In this document: positions 17,788-27,604 of the stretch, one piece after another
Numbering within the stretch: position 1 is the first letter of the stretch
How the letters are laid out: every line of letters begins with the position of its first letter
DNA from: Alphaproteobacteria bacterium
GTDB taxonomy: Bacteria > Pseudomonadota > Alphaproteobacteria > Rhizobiales > Hyphomicrobiaceae
NCBI GenBank assembly: GCA_018819265.1
Contig: JAHJQI010000085.1
Location: 11,302-75,301 of the forward strand
Length of the DNA: 64,000 nt
Direction of reading: 5' to 3'
Notes under the pieces: model-generated
Databases searched by the model: none
What the model saw: only the letters and a program-made list of their open reading frames with translations
Told to the model about the DNA's origin: nothing
Translations under genes and position numbers: made by a program

Positions 17788-18747
17788 ATGACGCGCATCG
17801 TATTCCTCGACCGGGGGACCATTGGGCCCACCGTTAATCTCCGCAAGCCCAGCTTTGAACACGAGTGGGTCGACCATGACCGGACAAGCCCCGGAGACGA
17901 GGTGGTCGAGCGTTTGAAGGACGCCGACATCGCCGTTTGCAACAAGGTGCCGATTCGCCGCGCGCAGATCGAACAGCTCGATAAGCTCAAGATGATCGCC
18001 ATCCCCGCGACCGGCTACGACGCTTTCGACATCGATGCCTGCAAGGAACGCAACATCGTGGTCTCCAACGTTCGCGGCTACGCCGTCAACACCGTGCCCG
18101 AGCATACGTTCGCTTTGATCTTCGCCCTGCGCCGCGGCATCGTCGGCTACCGCCAGGACGTGATCGACGGCAAATGGCAGGAAGCAGGCCAGTTCTGCTT
18201 TTTCACCCACCCGATCAACGATCTTGCCGGTTCGACGATAGGTATCGTCGGCGAGGGCTCGCTCGGTCAGGGCGTCGCCACGATCGCCCGGGCGCTGGGC
18301 ATGCGCGTGCTGTTCGCCGCCCATAAAGGGGTCAGCGGTCTTGGCCCGCTCTATACGCCGTTCGATGAGGTCATTGAGACCTCCGACGTGATCACGATGC
18401 ATGCCCCGTTGATGCCCTCGACGCGCAACTGTATCGCCATGCCCGAGTTCAGGAAGATGAAGCGCAACGCCCTGCTCATCAACTGCTCGCGCGGCGGTCT
18501 CGTCGATGAAGCCGACCTGGTGGCGGCTCTCGAGCAGGGGCTGATCGCAGGAGCAGGTTTCGACGTTTTGACCAGCGAACCGCCCGCACCCGATAATCCG
18601 CTTCTCAAGGTCCTCGGCCGCCCGAACGTCATCGTCACGCCGCATGTCGCCTGGGCCAGTACCGAGGCTATGCAGACATTGTGGGATCAGACGGTCGACC
18701 ACATCAACAACTTCAAGGCCGGAACTCCGAGCAACACGCTCTGGTAG
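17788..18747 (+). CDS. hprA: Hydroxypyruvate reductase / glycerate dehydrogenase (serine cycle)
   Basis: IVFLDR, NKVPI, ATGYD, NTVPEHTFALIFALRR, QFCFFTHPINDLAGST, INCSRGGLVDE, FDVLTSEPP and TPHVAWAS match Methylorubrum HprA as I remember it. Confidence 0.88.
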   Translation: MTRIVFLDRGTIGPTVNLRKPSFEHEWVDHDRTSPGDEVVERLKDADIAVCNKVPIRRAQIEQLDKLKMIAIPATGYDAFDIDACKERNIVVSNVRGYAVNTVPEHTFALIFALRRGIVGYRQDVIDGKWQEAGQFCFFTHPINDLAGSTIGIVGEGSLGQGVATIARALGMRVLFAAHKGVSGLGPLYTPFDEVIETSDVITMHAPLMPSTRNCIAMPEFRKMKRNALLINCSRGGLVDEADLVAALEQGLIAGAGFDVLTSEPPAPDNPLLKVLGRPNVIVTPHVAWASTEAMQTLWDQTVDHINNFKAGTPSNTLW

Positions 18748-19312
18748 GAGACGCCGGCAAGACTCCGTGACGCCCGATATTGGTCCAGTCCTATGTCTGG
18801 CGTCACGCTATCGCCCGGCGAACGGTCCGGATGTTCGTCCGGCCGTGAAATTGGCTTCGCCGGTCATCCCGCCGTCTGATCGCCCCCCCTGTTCCATGCG
18901 TCCGAAATCCGGTGCGACAACCACTCCGCACCCGCCTTTTTTCGGCACGTCGTCGTAATCTTGCCTGACAATTCATAAATCCGCCGCTGAAAATTTGAGA
19001 CCGATTGCGGCCGATTCCGGCCCCGCGCCACTCACGTCCATTGCTGCCCGGCGCTCTGCCGTTAACGCTAATTCTCCGTAACACCGGCTGCCCAGGCGGT
19101 ATCGGAAAACGCAATGTATTCAAATTCCGATCAATGCAGAATAAAATTGAAAATAATTTGAATGTGTCCGTGAAGCCGGCCTTCAATGTTTGTTGCTAAA
19201 ACAATAATCGTTTCGCGTCGGCTTTCGGTAATCGATCAACGAACTCGGCGGGCGTCGCGCGGAACTAAGAAAAGACAACGACGAATCTTCATCCAATGGC
19301 GAGCGCAAGATC

Positions 19313-21604
19313 ATGGCCACCATCTCCGGGACTGACCAGAACGACGACATCCAGGGCACGCCGCTAGCCGATGACATCACCGCCCGCGCAGGCGTCGATA
19401 CGGTCCACGGTGGTGATGGCAACGACGACATTCGCGGCGGCGATGGTGACGATGTACTGTATGGAGACGGCGGCGACGACAAGCTTTACGGCGAAGCTGG
19501 CGACGACACGCTTCATGGCGGCGCCGGCAACGATATCCTGACGGCCAGCCTCGGCGCCGACACCCTCTATGGCGAAGACGGTGACGATTTCCTCTATGGC
19601 GAGCGCGATGCCGATGTGCTCGACGGCGGCGCCGGGGTCGATTATCTCGTCGGCGACGCCGGCAACGATGTTATCTCCGGGGGCATCGGCGACGACCGGC
19701 TGTTCGGCGGCGCCGACAACGATGCGCTCGATGGCGGCGAGGGCAACGACACGATCTCCGGCGACAGCGGCGATGACTCAATCAACGGAGGCATTGGAGC
19801 TGACCGCATCTTCGCTGGAACCGGCAACGACGTGATCACCTACGTGATCGGTGAGGGCGCCGACCTCGTTTTCGGTGAGAAGGGCGTCGACACGCTGCGC
19901 CTGGAAGTCGCCTCCAAAGATCTTCCCGCCGTGCGTGCTGAAATCCTCGACTACGCCGCCTGGCTGGAGACCCAGGTCGCCAATGCCGGCGGCGAGGCTG
20001 CCCATGGCAATTTGATCGCGGGGGCAACCTTCAAGTTCTCATTCGGCCTGTCCGTGACGACAGTCGAAAGGCTGGAGATCGTCGTTGACGGCGAGCCGCG
20101 CTCTGTCAGCGACCTGATGAACTCCGCTCCCGTCGTCGCCGAACTGCAGTCCCTTGCCGGCATCGAGGATGAAGTGATCACCGGCAGCATCGGCGCCGTC
20201 GATCCGGACGGCGACGCCATGAACTACGAACTTCTTGAGGGCCCCGAAACTGGCGAGCTCACTTTCGACGCCAAGACCGGCGAGTTCACCTTCAAGCCTG
20301 GGGCGAACTATTCGGGCAAAGAGTCCTTCTCGGTGCTCGTCTCCGACAGCAACGGCGCAACGGCCGAACAGCGCGTCGAGCTTGCGATCGCCGCCAGAGC
20401 GGACGCCCCGACGATTTCCGTGGCGGTGCCCACGAGCGTAATGCAGGGCAGTGAAGGCAGCGACAGGATGCGGGGTTCGGCTGGCAACGATGTCATCAAC
20501 GCCGGCGCTGGCCACGATGTCATAATCGCTGACGGCAACGCCGCAATGAGCCTGACGCATGCGCTCGGCATCGACGCTGGGCTGACCGATACCGACGGCT
20601 CCGAGTCGCTGCAGGTCGTCATCGCCGGACTGCCCGAGGGCGCGGAATTGTCGGCGGGGACCCGGCAAGACGACGGCTCCTGGGTGCTCGGCGCCGATCA
20701 GCTGGATAACCTCAGCCTCACGCTCGCCGCCCCGGCCGACGTTACCCTTCAGGTCTCGGCAGTCGCCACAGAAGCGAACGGCGACACTGCGGTAACGACC
20801 CGGCAAATCACCATCGCAGCGGCGGGCACGGGCGGCAACGACGTCATCGACGCCGGGGCAGGCAACGATATTGTCCGCGCCGGCTGGGGCGATGACGTCG
20901 TCATCGGTGGCCAAGGCAATGATTTTCTCGATGGCGGCCAAGGCAACGACACGCTCGACTACTCCACTGCGCAGTCGTCGACATGGGTCAACTTGAGCGC
21001 GCACCGGGCAATGGGCGGTGACAGCGGCTTCGACTACCTGCGCGGCTTCGAGAATGTGACCGGTTCGAACTTCGACGACCGCATCGTTGGCGACCGTGGC
21101 GACAATGTAGTCAAGGGCGGCGCGGGCGACGATATCATTGTCGGAGGCCGCGGCGACGATCTACTTGTCGGCGGCGAAGGCGCCGACAATTTCAGTTATT
21201 CCCGCTCCGACGTTGTCGCGGGGCGGAATAATCACAGCATCGACCGCATCGCCGATTTCGACGAATACGACACGCTTGATTTCAGCCGTCTGCTGAGCGG
21301 TGTGCATGGCAGGAACCTCGCCAAGGCGGTGACCGCGACCGAAACCGAAGAGGGAACCTTGATCTCGGTGAATCTCGGCGGCCGGGCCGGGAACGTCGAT
21401 GTCGTGCTGCTGGAGGGCGTGGCCGATTTCGACATCGGATCGATCGATGTCGGCCGCAATGGTTTCGCCTCGCGCGGAAATGCTTTCGGCCGGCGCCATG
21501 ATGACGACCAGTCGCACGGTAAATCGGGAAACAACGATCACGGTTCGGACTATGGGCTGGCAACCGGGTCTGAAGCATCCAACGGCAACGACCTGTTTGC
21601 CTGA
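19313..21604 (+). CDS. RTX/hemolysin-type Ca2+-binding repeat protein with cadherin/Ig-like domains (probable T1SS substrate), paralogue 1
   Basis: Many GGXGXD nonapeptides, a cadherin-like NSAPVV...DEVITGSIGAVDPDGD domain, an LTDTDGSESL Ig repeat, no signal peptide, and a C-terminal DRIADF motif. Confidence 0.85.
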   Translation: MATISGTDQNDDIQGTPLADDITARAGVDTVHGGDGNDDIRGGDGDDVLYGDGGDDKLYGEAGDDTLHGGAGNDILTASLGADTLYGEDGDDFLYGERDADVLDGGAGVDYLVGDAGNDVISGGIGDDRLFGGADNDALDGGEGNDTISGDSGDDSINGGIGADRIFAGTGNDVITYVIGEGADLVFGEKGVDTLRLEVASKDLPAVRAEILDYAAWLETQVANAGGEAAHGNLIAGATFKFSFGLSVTTVERLEIVVDGEPRSVSDLMNSAPVVAELQSLAGIEDEVITGSIGAVDPDGDAMNYELLEGPETGELTFDAKTGEFTFKPGANYSGKESFSVLVSDSNGATAEQRVELAIAARADAPTISVAVPTSVMQGSEGSDRMRGSAGNDVINAGAGHDVIIADGNAAMSLTHALGIDAGLTDTDGSESLQVVIAGLPEGAELSAGTRQDDGSWVLGADQLDNLSLTLAAPADVTLQVSAVATEANGDTAVTTRQITIAAAGTGGNDVIDAGAGNDIVRAGWGDDVVIGGQGNDFLDGGQGNDTLDYSTAQSSTWVNLSAHRAMGGDSGFDYLRGFENVTGSNFDDRIVGDRGDNVVKGGAGDDIIVGGRGDDLLVGGEGADNFSYSRSDVVAGRNNHSIDRIADFDEYDTLDFSRLLSGVHGRNLAKAVTATETEEGTLISVNLGGRAGNVDVVLLEGVADFDIGSIDVGRNGFASRGNAFGRRHDDDQSHGKSGNNDHGSDYGLATGSEASNGNDLFA

Positions 21605-21784
21605 CGCGATCCTGCAGGGCCGGAGAATTCCGTGAGAAGAGTTCCCGGCCTGGAGCGCGCCGATCCAGGATCAGAACCTGTTATTGTCTTGAGGCAGAAA
21701 CCCTGCTGTCCAGTGCCATCTGCAGCGGCGCCGGGGTGGTCGGCGCTCGCTGCAAGTCCGATGCATTCCGCCGGTTCAAGCGGC

Positions 21785-22228
21785 TCAGTGAACCGACTTC
21801 TCACCGCTGATGTAATTTTGCAGCTCCGAGATGATGAAGCTCTTTTCCTCGATAATGCTCTTGACGATGTCCCCGATGGAGATGACGCCGATAACGCGCC
21901 CCTTTTCCAGAACCGGAAGGTGGCGGACGCGGCGGCGCGTCATGATTTCCATGCAGTGATCGACGGTCTGTTCGGGTCTTGCGCAGGCCACGCAGCGGTC
22001 CATGATTTCGCCGACGAGCGTATCCGGAGAAGTTTTGCCCTTGAGGACGACGTTACGTGCGTAATGGCGCTCGGTGATGATCCCGGCAAGCTTTCTGCCG
22101 TCCATGACGAGCAGCGATCCGATGTTCTTGTCGGCCATGATACGGATCGCTTCATAGACCGTCTGGTGCGGGGTGACCGTCCAGACTTTGCTGCCCTTAA
22201 TTCCAACAAGCTGCTTCGCGGTGACCAT
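21785..22228 (-). CDS. Tandem CBS-domain protein
   Basis: VYEAIRIMADKNIGSLLVMD...GIITERHYAR...MTRRRVRHLPV...GVISIGDIVK. The start is set at MVTAKQ. Confidence 0.9.
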   Translation of the reverse strand: MVTAKQLVGIKGSKVWTVTPHQTVYEAIRIMADKNIGSLLVMDGRKLAGIITERHYARNVVLKGKTSPDTLVGEIMDRCVACARPEQTVDHCMEIMTRRRVRHLPVLEKGRVIGVISIGDIVKSIIEEKSFIISELQNYISGEKSVH

Positions 22229-22626
22229 GGGTCCGCCTCCTCTCTGGTGCAAGGCTCCCCTTCTACCCCCCGCGTCGAAGCGATCACCGGCATGCAGGAT
22301 CGATTCTGCCAAGGCCTAATCGTTCCAGACATTGCGAGCACCGGATCCCGCGACGACAATCTGTGAAATATACTGCAACTGCCTGCCACTGTCGCTGGCC
22401 AATATCAATATCGCCAACTTATTCGACAGTTCGCAAAGTGCCGTCGATAAATACTGGGAAACATCGTCGACGCATAGATTTAACACAAGTTATTGGCGCC
22501 AGCGCCTTATGTAAAAGGTGGCACAACCTTGCAGCGCTGGCCTTCGCTAAAAACCATGATCAATTTCAGTGATTTCACCTGCATTGCTGACAATCGTCAG
22601 AAACCGCCACAACCGGGAATTGTAGA

Positions 22627-23355
22627 TCAACGCATGGTCACTCGGTATTTGCAGTCTGGTGGAAGGATGAAGAAGGCTTTCCTGACGCTCGCCATGCGAT
22701 TGTCGAGGGCAAAAGTCCTCCGCACGAGGAACATGCAAGGTGATCCTTGCTTCGCGTTGAGATCGCGGGCTGCTCGTTCCGTCAGCGGTCGCATCGAAAT
22801 CTCTTCCACGGCATGGTCGAGAACGACGCCGTACCGCTGTGCGATCACGGTTATCCGATGCGGAAAATTCTCTTCTTCCGTCAGACCAGGAAACAGGTCG
22901 CCGCTGATCACCCAATCCTCGCTTAAAAAGCGAACGCCATTGATAGTCCTGACCAAATGCACCTGAACGCAATTATGTTCCGAAGAAACCCTCAGCAGAC
23001 GACGCTCTTCGGCGCTGCAGCAATTGGCAGGTTCTATAATTCTTTCAACGACTTCACCAGACGTCCGCTTGCCTGCCGAGTCATAGAAGTTGCTGAAGCG
23101 CACCGGCGTAGCTTCCAACGAATGATCGACGACGAACGTACCTCGACCCTGCCGCCTTTCAATCAGATGTTTTTCGCGCAAGAGCGCGAGCGCTTTGCGA
23201 ACGGTACCGACGCTGACTTGGAATTCTGCCGATAGCTCCGCCTCGCTTGCCACCATCGCGCCCGGTTTCCACGCGCCTGCGACAATGCGCGAAACAAGCT
23301 CATCGTAAACCAACAGCGGCAGGCTGCGGCTTTGAAATATCTTTTTGGAAGTCAC
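22627..23355 (-). CDS. GntR-family regulator (HutC/UTRA type)
   Basis: SEAELSAEFQVSVGTVRKAL...IERRQGRGTFV followed by a UTRA-like C-terminus. GC is visibly lower than the flanks. Confidence 0.9.
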   Translation of the reverse strand: MTSKKIFQSRSLPLLVYDELVSRIVAGAWKPGAMVASEAELSAEFQVSVGTVRKALALLREKHLIERRQGRGTFVVDHSLEATPVRFSNFYDSAGKRTSGEVVERIIEPANCCSAEERRLLRVSSEHNCVQVHLVRTINGVRFLSEDWVISGDLFPGLTEEENFPHRITVIAQRYGVVLDHAVEEISMRPLTERAARDLNAKQGSPCMFLVRRTFALDNRMASVRKAFFILPPDCKYRVTMR

Positions 23356-23726
23356 GGGGCCTCATCCCTGGTGCTGTTTCGAAGCAGGAACGCATGACTA
23401 AGTACGACTTTAGAATTATTCTACCATACGTTGTTTGTGAATCAAGATAAATCGAGAAGATCACTTTATAAATAGACACCAAAAATGATTCGCGTGCCGA
23501 AAAGTGGTGCGCAATTCAGGACACGTCCTGTAAACGATGCAGCGTCGACGGCACAGGACAACGTAGGTGCTTTGCAGTGTATATTGCGAAGGGAGAGCAA
23601 TAAACGACAGTGATTCCATGTTTAGCAAACGGTTACTTACGTTAGCTGGTAGTAATTGCATGATTTGACCTCAGATGATTTCTTGAAAGTGCCGATCTAA
23701 TCAGGTCAACTCCTCAGGGGGAACAA

Positions 23727-24251
23727 ATGAAAATCATTATCGAGCAATCGTCCAAAGTCGTCGCGAGAAACAACGTAAAAACCGGTTCTGCCGCTCCGTA
23801 TATAAAGGCCTCCCGCATTGTCCGGCTTCCTCGGTTGCAAGCGTTTATTGGGAGCCGTTCAGGTGCATCGGCTGTTGAGTTTGCCGTCATTGCACCCGCA
23901 TTTATCTTGATGCTCGTCGGAATGCTTTGCTACGGGCTTTATTTCTCGACTTCGCACGGCGTTGCCCAATTGGCTGCCGATGCAGCCCGCGCATCGGTTG
24001 CAGGACTCAGCGCTACCGAGAGGACGCAGATTGCGACCACTCACGTTCGCGAACGCGCCGGTGATTACATGTTCATTGACGCGACCAAGGTCGTTGTCGA
24101 TGCCGGCCCGTCGCAAGACGATGCGACGCAATTCAAGATCGCCGTCAGATACGATGCATCGGCTCTCCCCATCTGGGTGTTCAGCGGACTGCTGCCGCTC
24201 CCCGAGCGGAACATCGTCAAGGTCGCGTCTATCAAGACCGGAGGCTTTTGA
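23727..24251 (+). CDS. TadE/TadG-like pseudopilin
   Basis: GASAVEFAVIAPAFILMLVGMLCYG prepilin-like motif and AADAARA. Confidence 0.85.
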   Translation: MKIIIEQSSKVVARNNVKTGSAAPYIKASRIVRLPRLQAFIGSRSGASAVEFAVIAPAFILMLVGMLCYGLYFSTSHGVAQLAADAARASVAGLSATERTQIATTHVRERAGDYMFIDATKVVVDAGPSQDDATQFKIAVRYDASALPIWVFSGLLPLPERNIVKVASIKTGGF

Positions 24252-24252
24252 G

Positions 24253-25944
24253 ATGAACGTCTTCAACAAAGCCAGTGTTTCTGGTGGTGTGCCTGCCAGA
24301 AGGTTCCACAGCGACCGCTCGGGCAATGCCGCCCTGCTGTTTGCCGGTTCGCTGCCTGTGATCATCGCCTGCACGGCCCTGGCGATCGATGTCGGCTCCC
24401 TCTACACGGAGCGGCGTCAGGTACAGGGAGCTGTCGACCTCGCGGCGATCGCCGCCGCAGCCAACCTCTCCAATCGCGATACAGCGGCGCTTCAAACGCT
24501 CAAGGCCAACCACGTCGGCGCGATCAAGTCACTCAATGTCGTTCCCGGGCGCTTCGACCCTGATCCGCAGCGCGACTACACCGAACGCTTCACGGCCGGC
24601 GCTAACCCGCCCAACGCCGTAAAGGTGTCGCTGGTGACCGAGCGTCCCTACTATTTCGCGAAGGTCTTCATGAACGACTCGGCTGACATCGAGGCCGAGG
24701 CCATCGCAGCGACGGCCAGCAATGCGACCTTTTCGATTGGCAGCCGCTTGCTGGCAATCCGCGACGGTCTTCCAAACCAGCTGTTGGAAGCTCTCGTTGG
24801 CGGCAATCTCGAATTGTCGGTGATGGACTATAACGCGCTCGCTTCGGCTGATATTTCGCTCGCCGATCAAATGGACGCCCTCGCCGGCGAACTTAACCTG
24901 ACGGCCGGCACGTACCGCGACGTCCTGCTGGCGGACGCGACGGTCGGCGACTGGTTCGCCGCCGCCGCTGCCGTTACAGGCAAGAATGGTGATACGGTTG
25001 CAAAGGCTTCACTCGAGAAGCTGATTGCTCAATCCAACGCTGGAAGTTTGTCGTTGCCGCTGAACAAGCTCATCGATCTCGGCCCGTTCGGCAATGCTTC
25101 AATCGGAGAACCAGGACACAATTTCGCGGCTCTCTTTAATGCCCTTGAACTCGTGACGGCCGCCGCGCAGGTTGCCAATATCGACCATGAGGTCTCGCTC
25201 AACCTCGATGCCGGCCTGCCGGGGATTGCCCGGCTGCGGCTGGATCTGTCGATCGGCGAGCCGCCTCAGTTCGGCGGCTGGGCGGCGGTCGGCGTGCCGC
25301 AAGCCACCGTTTACACGGCGCAGACGCGCTTACGTTTGGTCGCGGAAATCGGCGGCGGGGCCATGCTGTCCAACGCGACCATAAGGCTGCCCGTCTACGT
25401 CGACATGGCCACCGGCAGCGCCCGCCTGCACGGCGTAAGCTGCGAGGCCGGCAGAACGGATCAGCCCGCCGCGACAATTGCCGCCAAACCCGGCATCATT
25501 TCCGCAGCGATCGGTGAACCAGCCTATGGATGGAGCGATTTCGGCTCTAAGCCCATGCTTCATTCGGCCAATATCGTCGATACGCCGTTGATCAAGGTGC
25601 GGGGCAAGGCGTTTGTAGAGGCCTCGAACATGAATGAGACGCTTCTGGACTTTTCGCATGACGATATCGTGAACCGGAGGATCAAGCGCGTCGACACGAC
25701 CGACATCGGCGCGTCCTTGGTGAGTTCACTCCTCAGCAATCTGCGGCTCAGGGCTGAAATCGGTGGCCTCGGTCTCGGCTTGCCGGGCATACTTGAGCAG
25801 CACGTCGCAGGCCTTCTGTCGAATATCGCGGCTCCGATCGACGCTGTTCTGGCGACCGTCCTTGAAACCTTGGGCGTGCATCTTGGCGAGGTTGATGTCC
25901 GGGTGCATGGAGCCGCCTGCGGCAGAGCCGTGCTCGCTGGCTGA
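24253..25944 (+). CDS. TadG-like pilus assembly protein
   Basis: DRSGNAALLFAGSLPVIIACTALAIDVGSLYTERRQVQGAVDLAAIAAA. The ATG is 1 nt after the tadE stop. Confidence 0.8.
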   Translation: MNVFNKASVSGGVPARRFHSDRSGNAALLFAGSLPVIIACTALAIDVGSLYTERRQVQGAVDLAAIAAAANLSNRDTAALQTLKANHVGAIKSLNVVPGRFDPDPQRDYTERFTAGANPPNAVKVSLVTERPYYFAKVFMNDSADIEAEAIAATASNATFSIGSRLLAIRDGLPNQLLEALVGGNLELSVMDYNALASADISLADQMDALAGELNLTAGTYRDVLLADATVGDWFAAAAAVTGKNGDTVAKASLEKLIAQSNAGSLSLPLNKLIDLGPFGNASIGEPGHNFAALFNALELVTAAAQVANIDHEVSLNLDAGLPGIARLRLDLSIGEPPQFGGWAAVGVPQATVYTAQTRLRLVAEIGGGAMLSNATIRLPVYVDMATGSARLHGVSCEAGRTDQPAATIAAKPGIISAAIGEPAYGWSDFGSKPMLHSANIVDTPLIKVRGKAFVEASNMNETLLDFSHDDIVNRRIKRVDTTDIGASLVSSLLSNLRLRAEIGGLGLGLPGILEQHVAGLLSNIAAPIDAVLATVLETLGVHLGEVDVRVHGAACGRAVLAG

Positions 25945-26067
25945 GGACACCTCATGGCCCGCCCGGCCGCTCGGTCGGGTCATGCACATCTCTTGTTGCA
26001 ATTGACATCCTCCACCTTCTTCGCCGAGCATCAAGCGAAGTCGCGTTTGTCGAAGAGGGCGGAGCCG

Positions 26068-27213
26068 ATGTCGGACGTAGCGGGAACTGGCGATCTGCTC
26101 AGAACGCCTCTCTACGATCTGCATGTCTCACTGGGCGCGCGCGTGGTCGCCTTCGCCGGCTACGAGATGCCGGTCCAGTATCCGCTTGGCATCCTCAAGG
26201 AGCATCTCCACACGCGGTCCTCGGCGGGCCTGTTCGACATCTCCCACATGGGTCAACTGTCGATCACCGCTCCAGGCGGACATCTCGACGAAGCCAAGCG
26301 TGCTTTGGAAGCTCTCATCCCCGTCGATATCCTGGGCTTGCCGGAGGGCCGCCAGCGCTATGGTTTTTTCACGAACGAAACTGGCGGCATCCTCGACGAC
26401 TTGATGATCGCCAATCTTGGCGACCGCTTGGTGCTCGTCGTCAACGCCGCGAGAAAGTCGGCCGACGAGGCCCATCTGCGCCAGCATCTTCCAGGCGGAA
26501 TCGGTATCGAGAGGATTGATCGCGCCCTCATCGCGCTTCAGGGACCTGAGGCGGCAGGCGCCCTCGCGAGCCTCGCCCCCGAATGCGCGTCGATGCGCTT
26601 CATGGACGTAAAGGCGCTGAAAATCCTGGGGCACGACTGCCTTGCATCGCGCTCAGGCTATACCGGCGAGGATGGTTTCGAGATCAGCGTACCGAACGCG
26701 GCCGCGGATACGATTGCGCGAACTCTTCTCAGCCTTGCTGAAGTCGAAGCGATCGGTCTCGGCGCTCGCGATAGTCTGCGGCTGGAAGCGGGACTCTGCC
26801 TGCATGGTTCCGACATCGACGAAACGACCACGCCGGTCGAAGCCCGGCTGACCTGGGCGATCCCCAAGGTGCGACGCGCAGGCGGCGCGCGGGCCGCCGG
26901 CTTCCCTGGCGCTGACATAATCGTGCGGCAGCTTCACGACGGCGTTTCGCGGCTGAGGGTCGGTCTGCGTCCCGCGGGACGCGCGCCAGTCAGGGGCGGG
27001 GTTCAGGTCTATGCCAGCGAAGCCGGTGGCGAGGTCGTCGGCCAAGTGACATCGGGTGGATTTGGCCCCAGTGTCGGCGGGCCGGTGGCCATGGGCTACG
27101 TAAGAACGTCTTTAAGCGAGCCGGGCACCCGGCTGTTCGCTGAACTACGCGGCAAGCGGCTGGCGCTTGACGTGGCGCAACTGCCGTTCGTCCCATCCGG
27201 CTATAGGCGATGA
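26068..27213 (+). CDS. gcvT: Glycine cleavage system T protein
   Basis: [57 protein letters not shown] and VTSGGFGPS. The start is set at ATG 26068. Confidence 0.97.
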   Translation: MSDVAGTGDLLRTPLYDLHVSLGARVVAFAGYEMPVQYPLGILKEHLHTRSSAGLFDISHMGQLSITAPGGHLDEAKRALEALIPVDILGLPEGRQRYGFFTNETGGILDDLMIANLGDRLVLVVNAARKSADEAHLRQHLPGGIGIERIDRALIALQGPEAAGALASLAPECASMRFMDVKALKILGHDCLASRSGYTGEDGFEISVPNAAADTIARTLLSLAEVEAIGLGARDSLRLEAGLCLHGSDIDETTTPVEARLTWAIPKVRRAGGARAAGFPGADIIVRQLHDGVSRLRVGLRPAGRAPVRGGVQVYASEAGGEVVGQVTSGGFGPSVGGPVAMGYVRTSLSEPGTRLFAELRGKRLALDVAQLPFVPSGYRR

Positions 27214-27232
27214 CGGCAACGAACCTCGGGAG

Positions 27233-27601
27233 ATGACCGTGCTGAAGTTCACCAAGGACCACGAGTGGGTGAGGATCGACGGCGACACCGCCACCGTCGG
27301 CATCACAGCCCATGCCGCCGCGCTGCTCGGCGATCTCGTCTTCGTTGAATTGCCGGAGGTCGGCAAGGCGCTTGCGAAGGGCGACAACGCCGCCGTCGTC
27401 GAATCCGTCAAGGCGGCTTCCGACGTCTACGCCCCTCTTTCCGGCACCGTGAGCGAAGTCAATGAGGCGGTTGTCGACGACCCGTCGATCGTCAATTCCG
27501 ATGCGGCTGCTGCCGGCTGGTTCTTCAAGCTCGAATTGAAGGATGTGGCGGAAGCCGACAGCCTGCTCGACGAGGCCGCTTATCAGCAGTTGATCGCATA
27601 A
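27233..27601 (+). CDS. gcvH: Glycine cleavage system H protein
   Basis: [22 protein letters not shown] and [13 protein letters not shown] (lipoyl Lys). Confidence 0.97.
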   Translation: MTVLKFTKDHEWVRIDGDTATVGITAHAAALLGDLVFVELPEVGKALAKGDNAAVVESVKAASDVYAPLSGTVSEVNEAVVDDPSIVNSDAAAAGWFFKLELKDVAEADSLLDEAAYQQLIA

Positions 27602-27604
27602 CCC

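Noticed and set aside
25945-26067. Glycine riboswitch upstream of gcvT
   Set aside because: The region is too short and lacks the GGAGA/CCGAAG/CTYTCAGG elements.
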